Shown here piece by piece: positions 58,284 to 64,000 of a stretch of 64,000 nucleotides of DNA. Position 1 is the stretch's first letter. Every line of letters starts with the position of its first letter. Below the pieces are notes generated by a model. That model searched no databases, was not told the DNA's origin, and was given only the letters and a program-made list of their open reading frames with translations. The DNA comes from Bacteroidaceae bacterium (GTDB taxonomy: Bacteria; Bacteroidota; Bacteroidia; Bacteroidales; Bacteroidaceae). The stretch spans positions 36,566-100,565 of the forward strand of contig JAILPK010000036.1 in NCBI GenBank assembly GCA_024699495.1. Reading direction: 5' to 3'. A program made the translations under genes and the position numbers.

Positions 58284-59496
58284 TGACTCTCTTCAGATAA
58301 AATGGGCGTGTGAAAAGCAAGAATAGCGCCATTCCTGCCAATTGGGAGACTGCCACCGTCCAAAAGGCTGCTGCATAACTGATTTTCTCACTCAGCAGAC
58401 CACCGGCCAAAACTCCGATTCCTATGCCTATATCCCAAGAAATCAGCAGAGTTGAGTTTGCTGTCCCTCGCTCATTATGCCTGGCCATGGATATAATCAT
58501 GTTTTGAAAAGCAGGCCACAGATGCCCGTTGCCCAAACCCAGTAGGATTGCCGAGCCATAATAGCCGAAAGAATTTGGGAAAAGGATGAAAATGCAGTAA
58601 GCAAAGGATGAGATGATGGTGCCTTCGGTTGCATTCTGCACCAGCTTCCCCTCACGCAGTGCCTTGGCTCCCTGAAGACGTGAAGCCACCAGCCCCAATG
58701 AGACCAGCAGAAACCATGTTCCTGTGCCACCTGTTATTCCCATCACTTCCTTGCTGTATATTGCCAGATAATTGCTTATCACGCCAAAGCAAAAGCCGAA
58801 AAACACCATGTTCAAAGCCAACGGCCATCCCCGAAGCAGAAAGAATCTGTCCATTCTCATTGGGCCCCAGGAAGACCGGCGGCCTGCAGCATCAGCATCC
58901 GCTGAACTCCGCTCCTCCGCGGCTGTCTTCTCCTTTGGCTTAACTCCCGCATCCACAATCATCCCTAATCCGGCTATAATCAGAGCGAGCCAGAAGAGCA
59001 GTTGAAAACTGTCTGTAAGACGATAAATATATATTGCTGCCATCGGCGCAATGGCCATAGCCAAGTTATTGCTAAGACCATAATAACCTATTCCCTCATT
59101 GCGACGGGATGAGGGGAGCACATCGATGGCCATTGTGGAGTTCGCCACAGTCAATGCACCAAACGGCGCACCATGAAGGGTGCGAACTATGGTAAAAAGG
59201 AGTAGTGAACTGGCCCCGAGATAACCGCCAAAGAAGATGAAAAAGAGAGCAAAACACACCATTAGGACACGTTTGCGGGGGAAGGTGTCCACGAGGAAGC
59301 CGCTGAAGGGGCGAGCCAGCAAAGCAGTCAGAGTATATCCACTCAGCACCAACCCAACCACATCTTTTGTGGCGTCGAATCGCTCCACAAGATACAGCGG
59401 CAGGAGGGGAGTAAGCAAATAAAAGGCAAAAAACAGGGCGAAATTAGCCACCATCACCCGCCAATAATTGCCATTCCAAAGTGTTTCCTTTTCCAT
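58273..59496 (-). CDS. MFS transporter
   Basis: About 12 TM segments and the MFS loop motif GFLVDTFPRKRV. Its 3' end overlaps the convergent U32 ORF by 11 nt. Confidence 0.8.
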   Translation of the reverse strand: MEKETLWNGNYWRVMVANFALFFAFYLLTPLLPLYLVERFDATKDVVGLVLSGYTLTALLARPFSGFLVDTFPRKRVLMVCFALFFIFFGGYLGASSLLLFTIVRTLHGAPFGALTVANSTMAIDVLPSSRRNEGIGYYGLSNNLAMAIAPMAAIYIYRLTDSFQLLFWLALIIAGLGMIVDAGVKPKEKTAAEERSSADADAAGRRSSWGPMRMDRFFLLRGWPLALNMVFFGFCFGVISNYLAIYSKEVMGITGGTGTWFLLVSLGLVASRLQGAKALREGKLVQNATEGTIISSFAYCIFILFPNSFGYYGSAILLGLGNGHLWPAFQNMIISMARHNERGTANSTLLISWDIGIGIGVLAGGLLSEKISYAAAFWTVAVSQLAGMALFLLFTRPFYLKRVISH

Positions 59497-59608
59497 TAAT
59501 ATATATTATTTTTGAAGCCTTATGCGCAGCGGCTACTTGTCGGTCTTACGGTCCCCGCCGGCTTTTTGGTTCTGTGATAATAGATTCGGCCTCCGGCCTC
59601 TCTAACAA

Positions 59609-59675
59609 CTCTGTGTTCTCTCTCTACTCTGTGTCCTCTCTCTACTCTGTGTTCTCTCTCTACTCTGTGTTCTCA
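59609..59675. repeat. 18-bp tandem repeat CTCTGTGTYCTCTCTCTA (about 3.7 copies), part of mosaic element R
   Basis: Copies lie at 59609, 59627, 59645 and 59663 (partial). The H hairpin at 59711-59748 follows. Confidence 0.9.
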
Positions 59676-59764
59676 TCGGCCGCTCCCCGGCCTCATCTCG
59701 GCCGGCCACTCCCCCCTCTCTCACGGGAGAGGGGGTTAGGGGGTGAGGCTCTCACATCTACTTT

Positions 59765-59796
59765 AAAAAGAGAAAAGGATTCCCTAAGGAACCCTA
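59765..59796 (-). terminator. Terminator hairpin downstream of tRNA-Pro
   Basis: On the - strand: AGGGTTCC-TTAG-GGAATCCT followed by TTTTCTCTTTTT. Confidence 0.55.
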
Positions 59797-59809
59797 TTTG
59801 ATGTGTTTG

Positions 59810-59882
59810 TCGGAAAGAGGAGACTCGAACTCCCGACCCCTACGTCCCGAACGTAGTGCGCTACCAACTGCGCTACTTTCCG
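59810..59882 (-). tRNA. tRNA-Pro (anticodon CGG)
   Basis: Manual cloverleaf: CGGAAAG/TA/GCGC-AGTTGGTA-GCGC/A/CTACG-TTCGGGA-CGTAG/GGGTC/GGGAG-TTCGAGT-CTCCT/CTTTCCG/A. CCA is not encoded. Confidence 0.85.
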
Positions 59883-59929
59883 ATGCTTCAATAATTCTCT
59901 GCCCTTACCTATCAGGTGTTAAGCGGGCG

Positions 59930-59937
59930 CAAAGATA
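59930..59937 (-). promoter_or_regulatory. -7 promoter box (TATCTTTG on the - strand) for tRNA-Pro
   Basis: TAnnTTTG match 48 nt upstream of the tRNA 5' end. Confidence 0.5.
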
Positions 59938-60052
59938 CAATCTTTTCCTGAAACCACGAACAAATACCTGGCTTTTTTCACTTTTTAGTAACAAAATAAA
60001 TGATTACCGTAATATTTTCACAAAAAAACTTGCGCAATAAAAACATTTACAT

Positions 60053-60060
60053 TACCTTTG
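60053..60060 (+). promoter_or_regulatory. -7 promoter box (TACCTTTG) for tRNA-Phe
   Basis: TAnnTTTG match 27 nt upstream of the tRNA 5' end. Confidence 0.55.
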
Positions 60061-60086
60061 CACCCGCAAAACGCAAGAAAGCCTCT

Positions 60087-60162
60087 GGTGTCATAGCTCA
60101 GTTGGTAGAGCAAAGGACTGAAAATCCTTGTGTCCCCGGTTCGATTCCTGGTGACACCACCA
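60087..60162 (+). tRNA. tRNA-Phe (anticodon GAA), CCA encoded
   Basis: Manual cloverleaf: GGTGTCA/TA/GCTC-AGTTGGTA-GAGC/A/AAGGA-CTGAAAA-TCCTT/GTGTC/CCCGG-TTCGATT-CCTGG/TGACACC/A/CCA. There is one C-U mismatch in the T-stem. Confidence 0.85.
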
Positions 60163-60165
60163 CAA

Positions 60166-60203
60166 GCCCTAATTGATAATCAATCAGTTAGGGCCTTTCT
60201 TTT
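60166..60203 (+). terminator. Terminator hairpin after tRNA-Phe
   Basis: GCCCTAA...TTAGGGC stem followed by CTTTCTTTT. Confidence 0.5.
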
Positions 60204-60242
60204 ACCCAAAACTTTTTTTGACTGCGGCAGGGGTTCAAGGGG

Positions 60243-60589
60243 GGTAAGAGGGTTAAGAGGGTTAAGAGGGTTAAGAGGTTTAAGGTGGTAGCTTTCAGCC
60301 GTTAGCCGTTAGCCATTAGCCGTTACCCATTAGCCATTAGCCATTAGCTTTCGCGCTACCCAATTTCCCATTCTTCATTTTACAGGTTTAAGGAGTTAAA
60401 TGCCTCTCCGCGGATTCTATAGTTTCTATAACCTCTATAGCCTCTATAGCTCTGCGGCCCCTGCGCACCAGCCCCATCTTGACCCTTGACTCTTTACTGC
60501 GGCCAGCGGCCTCGCGCCAGCTTAGGGCCAATGAGGCCAATGAGGCCAATGGGGCTACTAGGGCCACTAAGTCGATTGGGGCACAGGCC
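60243..60589. repeat. Mosaic non-coding 'word-array' element Q (an inverted copy of P)
   Basis: The arrays were read directly: 60243-60287 (5 x 9 bp GTTAAGAGG), 60299-60347 (7 x 7 bp CCRTTAG), 60415-60450 (9-bp CTCTATAGC) and 60527-60589 (7 x 9 bp GCCAATGAG-like). Confidence 0.85.
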
Positions 60590-60722
60590 AGAGGCGCAGA
60601 ACGGCTACTTATCGGCTACTGCAGCCGTTTTTAGTAAAGGGAGTATTATAGAGAATACAAAAAAAGCAGGGTTGATGGTAAGGAAAATCCCATTTTACAT
60701 ACCACATATAAATTATTAATAC

Positions 60723-60730
60723 TATCTTTG
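60723..60730 (+). promoter_or_regulatory. -7 promoter box (TATCTTTG)
   Basis: TAnnTTTG match 47 nt upstream of the S46 peptidase ATG. Confidence 0.5.
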
Positions 60731-60776
60731 CACCCTTGAAGTGTGATTTAATCGCTAAAACCAAAAAATATATATT

Positions 60777-63035
60777 ATGAAGTCTATCAAAAAACTGCTT
60801 ATTGCCGGCCTTATGGCTATGCCTTTCTGCCACTCTGCAGAACTGAGCGCCGACGAAGGAATGTGGCTGCTTGGCCGCACTGACCCGAAAGCGATGGCCG
60901 TGGCCCGGAGCCTCGGTCTGGAGCTCTCTGATGCACAGCTCTACGGAGAAGAAGGAACAAGTCTGAAGGATTGTGTGGTTGATTTCGGAGACTTCTGTTC
61001 TGGAGTTATTGTCTCTTCAGACGGTCTTGTTTTCACCAATCACCACTGCGGATATTCCGCTATTCAGAAGCTCTCCACTCCCGAAGATGATATTCTGGAC
61101 AACGGTTTCGTGGCCCGCAGCCATGCTGAGGAGCGGCCAGCCGATGGTCTGTTTGTAAAAATATGGCTTCGCACCGAAGACATAACGGCAGAAATCAACG
61201 ACTCTCTGCAGAAGCTCTATGCAAATAAGGAGCTGGAAAAGAAAGCCGGCAAAAACCGCGAGGCTATAATCTACAGCAAACATATCTCGCGCCTGCTGTC
61301 TAAAGCGGCGCAGAGAGCTGAGCGCAAAGCGAAAAAAACCGAAAAAGGGATTGTCTGCAGTGCGAAGGCTTTCTATGGCGGCAGTCAGTTTCTGCTGAAT
61401 TACTATCGTCAATACTCTGATATCCGACTTGTATTCACTGTGCCACAGTGTCTTGGTAAGTTCGGCGGTGACACAGACAACTGGATGTGGCCACGCCAAA
61501 CGGCCGATTTCAGTGTGTTCCGTGTTTATGCCGACTCGCTCGGCAACCCGGCTGAATATTCTGCCTCAAATATTCCTCTGCACCCCAAACGCTGGGCGCA
61601 TGTAAGCATCGACGGCTACGAGCAGGGCTCTTATTGCATGACCATCGGCTATCCCGGTTCCACCAGCCGCTATCTCTCTTCTTATGGAATCGAAGAGCGC
61701 ACAGGAGTGAAGAATATTCCTATGATTCAGGTGCGCGGCATCAAGCAGGACGTATGGAAGAAATGGATGCGGTCCGACAGGTCTATCGGCATCAAATATG
61801 CTTCGAAATTTGCCCAGTCGAGCAATTACTGGAAGAATTCCCAGGGAATGAACGAAGCAGTGGAGCGACTGGGCATTATAGCTCAGAAACAGGAACGCGA
61901 ACAGGAGGTGAGGCGCTGGTATGATGCTGACAAGACACGCAAGCAGCGTTTCGGTTCTGTATTCTCAACTCTGAAAAAAGCATATCGCGAACGGCGCGAC
62001 GCGCAGTATGCCCAAGGCTTTGCCAATGAGACATTTAACCGCGGCATCGAGATTCTTTCGTTTGCGCGCATGGCTGTGGTCTGCTCCGAGCGCCACCGCA
62101 ACTACGCCGCAAATATAGAAGAGGCTGTATCTGAAAGCTATAAGGACTATGATGCCAGAGTTGACGAGGAGGTGATGGCCACGCTTCTGGAGAATTACGC
62201 CAAGCAGGTGTCATCGAAATATCTGCCGGCCTTCTATTCTGATATCCGCAAGAAATATAAGAATGACTATAAGGCCTTTGCCCGGGATATATTCTCAAAG
62301 AGCAGACTGACCACATACAAGGGCTGGTATGGCATTGTGCATGCGAAAGTGCGCGCAGAGAAGACTCTGGCAGACTCTCTCGAGCAGGCGTTGGCCGACG
62401 AGCAGGCTTACTTGCAGTTTGTGAAGAGCGACCCGGCTGTGCGTCTCTATTCACAGATTTCAGATATGACAGACAAGGTCATCGCTTCTCCAGTAAGGAA
62501 AACAGCCCCGGTAATCTCATACAACGAGAATCTGCTGAATCAGGCAGTTCTCGAGATGGAGCAGGACGAGCCCCATTACAGCGACGCAAATTTCACCCAG
62601 CGCATGAGTTTTGGCATCGTAAGCGACTACACTAATGCCGGCATCCATCATGACCTTCAGACTACCATGCCCTCTCTGCTGGCCAAAATTGACCGCTCAG
62701 TGGATGTCGATGACTACAGAGTAAGTCCTGACGTGGCCCGCATACTGCGCGGCAAGGGCTATGGGCGCTATGCTGACAAGCGGACCAAAGACCTGAATCT
62801 ATGCTTCCTCACGACTAATGACATCACCGGCGGCAACTCCGGCAGCCCGATGTTCAACGGCCGCGGCAAACTCATCGGTCTGGCTTTCGACGGCAACTGG
62901 GACGCCCTCTCTTCTGACATCAGTTTTGACAGCAGTCTGACCCGTTGCATCGGAGTTGATATCCGTTATGTCCTCTGGCTTATGGAACGATGGGGCAACG
63001 CCACCCACCTCGTCAACGAAGTGATTGGGGAATAA
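60777..63035 (+). CDS. S46-family dipeptidyl-peptidase (DPP7/DPP11-like)
   Basis: Signal peptide, DEGMWLL, VFTNHHCG (catalytic His) and TGGNSGSPMFN (catalytic Ser). Confidence 0.9.
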   Translation: MKSIKKLLIAGLMAMPFCHSAELSADEGMWLLGRTDPKAMAVARSLGLELSDAQLYGEEGTSLKDCVVDFGDFCSGVIVSSDGLVFTNHHCGYSAIQKLSTPEDDILDNGFVARSHAEERPADGLFVKIWLRTEDITAEINDSLQKLYANKELEKKAGKNREAIIYSKHISRLLSKAAQRAERKAKKTEKGIVCSAKAFYGGSQFLLNYYRQYSDIRLVFTVPQCLGKFGGDTDNWMWPRQTADFSVFRVYADSLGNPAEYSASNIPLHPKRWAHVSIDGYEQGSYCMTIGYPGSTSRYLSSYGIEERTGVKNIPMIQVRGIKQDVWKKWMRSDRSIGIKYASKFAQSSNYWKNSQGMNEAVERLGIIAQKQEREQEVRRWYDADKTRKQRFGSVFSTLKKAYRERRDAQYAQGFANETFNRGIEILSFARMAVVCSERHRNYAANIEEAVSESYKDYDARVDEEVMATLLENYAKQVSSKYLPAFYSDIRKKYKNDYKAFARDIFSKSRLTTYKGWYGIVHAKVRAEKTLADSLEQALADEQAYLQFVKSDPAVRLYSQISDMTDKVIASPVRKTAPVISYNENLLNQAVLEMEQDEPHYSDANFTQRMSFGIVSDYTNAGIHHDLQTTMPSLLAKIDRSVDVDDYRVSPDVARILRGKGYGRYADKRTKDLNLCFLTTNDITGGNSGSPMFNGRGKLIGLAFDGNWDALSSDISFDSSLTRCIGVDIRYVLWLMERWGNATHLVNEVIGE

Positions 63036-63070
63036 GCGTAGGCCGCGGAGGGCTTGCAGTTCTGGGTAGG

Positions 63071-63142
63071 GCTATAGAAGCTATAGAAACTATAGAAGCT
63101 ATAGAAGCTATAGATACTATAGATACTATAGACGGTATAGAG
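63071..63142. repeat. Eight tandem copies of the 9-bp unit RCTATAGAW (element S)
   Basis: Read directly. The lead-in CCGCGGAG..GTTCTGG resembles the lead-in of the CTATAG array in element P. Confidence 0.9.
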
Positions 63143-63256
63143 TTGTGGAAGGGGGGAGTGAGAATGGGGGGCATTTTAGGATAAAAAAGAAAAATTTCTT
63201 TAAAGGTTTGTTTGCTCGAAAAAATAGTTATAATTTTGTAGGTTGATAATAGGACG

Positions 63257-63586
63257 ATGAGACGATTGTTGGTTATATTGGCGATGGTGCTCACGCTGGG
63301 GCTGCAGAATGTGGCTCTGGCCGAGGTGCAGTGGCGTGAAACCAACCGTGAGGCTCAAGGAAAGATGTGGAATGACCCTCGCACGAGCGATGGCATCAAG
63401 ATCTATGGCAGCAACGGAACGATAACGATTGTGACCTCCAAGCGTATTACTGTGCGGGTGTATACAATCCTGGGCCAGATGGTATCGCAGGCGACACTAC
63501 AGCCTGGCACGTCGGAGTTGCGGCTTAATTCGCGAGGCATCTATCTTGTGAGAATCGGCGACATCACTCAAAAGGTGGCCATATGA
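63257..63586 (+). CDS. Very small secreted protein consisting of a signal peptide plus a T9SS (Por) C-terminal sorting domain
   Basis: MRRLLVILAMVLTLGLQNVALA signal peptide. The C-terminus ITVRVYTILGQMVSQATLQPGTSELRLNSRGIYLVRIGDITQKVAI fits the type A CTD pattern. Confidence 0.6.
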   Translation: MRRLLVILAMVLTLGLQNVALAEVQWRETNREAQGKMWNDPRTSDGIKIYGSNGTITIVTSKRITVRVYTILGQMVSQATLQPGTSELRLNSRGIYLVRIGDITQKVAI

Positions 63587-63665
63587 ACCAATTGACTTAT
63601 CGTCATCAAGAAGAGAATTTTGACTAAAACCATTTAATAACCTTAACTAAACATTAGTAGAGAGT

Positions 63666-64000
63666 ATGACTAATTTAGAAAACATTGATTGGGCACATCT
63701 GCCTTTTGGTTACATGAAAACTGACTACAACGTGCGCTGCACGTTTAAGGACGGCAAGTGGGGTGAAATCGAAGTCACCCAGGACGAGACCGTGACCCTG
63801 CACATGGCAGCTAGCTGTCTGCACTATGGTCAGGAGATTTTTGAGGGTCTGAAGGCCTTCCGCGGTCAGGACGGCAAGATCCGTTTGTTCCGTCCCGATG
63901 AGAATGCCAAGCGCTTGCAGAACAGTGCTCTTGGTATCAAGATGCAGCCGCTTCCCGAGGACATCTTCCTGGAGATGTGCAAGAAGGTGGTTAAGCTGAA
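63666..64000 (+). CDS. ilvE: Branched-chain amino acid aminotransferase, N-terminal part (3' end lies outside the window)
   Basis: My own translation gives MTNLENIDWAHLPFGYMKTDYNVRCTFKDGKWGE...LHYGQEIFEGLKAFRGQDGKIRLFRPDENAKRL, which is IlvE/BCAT class IV-like. The frame stays open to the window end and is not in the ORF track. Confidence 0.85.
   Translation, partial: MTNLENIDWAHLPFGYMKTDYNVRCTFKDGKWGEIEVTQDETVTLHMAASCLHYGQEIFEGLKAFRGQDGKIRLFRPDENAKRLQNSALGIKMQPLPEDIFLEMCKKVVKL

Noticed and set aside
59481-59801. 106-aa ORF through element R (…SVFSLYSVSSLYSVFSLYSVFSSAAPRPHL…) and its apparent peptide similarity (LYS..SSAAP..PHL) to the Q small ORF
   Set aside because: The ORF starts antisense inside the MFS start region and is open only because of the 9/18-bp periodic repeat. 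The SSAAP/PHL match is explained at least as well by a nucleotide alignment of the GC-rich GCGGCC/CCCATCT stretch shifted by one codon, so it is not evidence for coding.
49587-60589. Composite transposon or integrative element bounded by the inverted P/Q repeats next to tRNA genes
   Set aside because: There is no transposase, integrase, mobilisation or conjugation gene, and no duplicated tRNA 3' end. The cargo is ordinary housekeeping genes. Only recombination-mediated inversion remains as a hypothesis, and it is reported as a finding.
60486-60719. 77-aa ORF in element Q (…GPMRPMRPMGLLGP…)
   Set aside because: It is driven by the GCCAATGAG 9-bp array. It has no start context and no recognisable domain, and it runs into the promoter of the S46 peptidase gene.
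62990-63345. ORFs of 64 aa (+) and 110 aa (-) across the 9-bp CTATAGA array (AIEAIETIE… / SIVSIVSIA…)
   Set aside because: The open frames are a by-product of a stop-free 9-bp repeat. The frame differs from that of the P/Q small ORF, and the + ORF overlaps the end of the S46 peptidase gene.

Overview
This window looks like a chromosomal segment of a Bacteroidota (Bacteroidales-like) genome. The assignment rests on TAnnTTTG -7 promoter boxes ahead of many genes and both tRNAs, TonB-dependent receptors, Cys-lipobox lipoproteins, a T9SS C-terminal sorting domain and the protein similarities. From 1 to 25 kb the genes are housekeeping: asnB (5' partial), carA, a half-length carB, rfbC/rfbB, ilvD, cstA, aroC, a SlyD-like PPIase, a GH127/146-like + nagB-LmbE + GHL10 glycan cluster, uvrA, aqpZ, ilvC and a small beta-barrel protein. 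From 25.1 to 49.4 kb lies a cobalamin island. On the + strand a cobalamin riboswitch precedes a btuB-like receptor, an exported CbiK-like lipoprotein, a btuF-like gene, pduO running in frame into a second TonB receptor, cbiHC, cbiET, cbiGF, cbiJD, btuC, btuD, cobQ, cobD and cbiB. A convergent cobU-cobT-cobS-cbiA operon sits on the - strand. From 50 to 64 kb come an ABC-F ATPase, pepO, metA, a U32 peptidase running in frame into a membrane zinc-ribbon protein, an MFS transporter, divergent tRNA-Pro/tRNA-Phe, an S46 dipeptidyl-peptidase, a tiny T9SS-CTD protein and ilvE (3' partial). I found no transposase, integrase, cas, toxin-antitoxin or recognisable defence genes. The unusual content is mostly non-coding. 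(i) A family of mosaic elements is built from tandem 7-bp and 9-bp 'words' plus a GC hairpin; two ~400-bp copies lie in inverted orientation around a 10-kb segment and share a conserved AAGGAG-N5-ATG core. (ii) 22/44-bp tandem arrays carrying palindromes sit in two unusually long convergent gaps with no ORFs. (iii) A GTCAACT-word leader recurs upstream of carA, cobQ and metA. (iv) Two junctions lack a stop codon where a cytoplasmic enzyme ORF runs into a signal-peptide protein. All functional calls come from reading the translated ORFs by eye; no database search was run.
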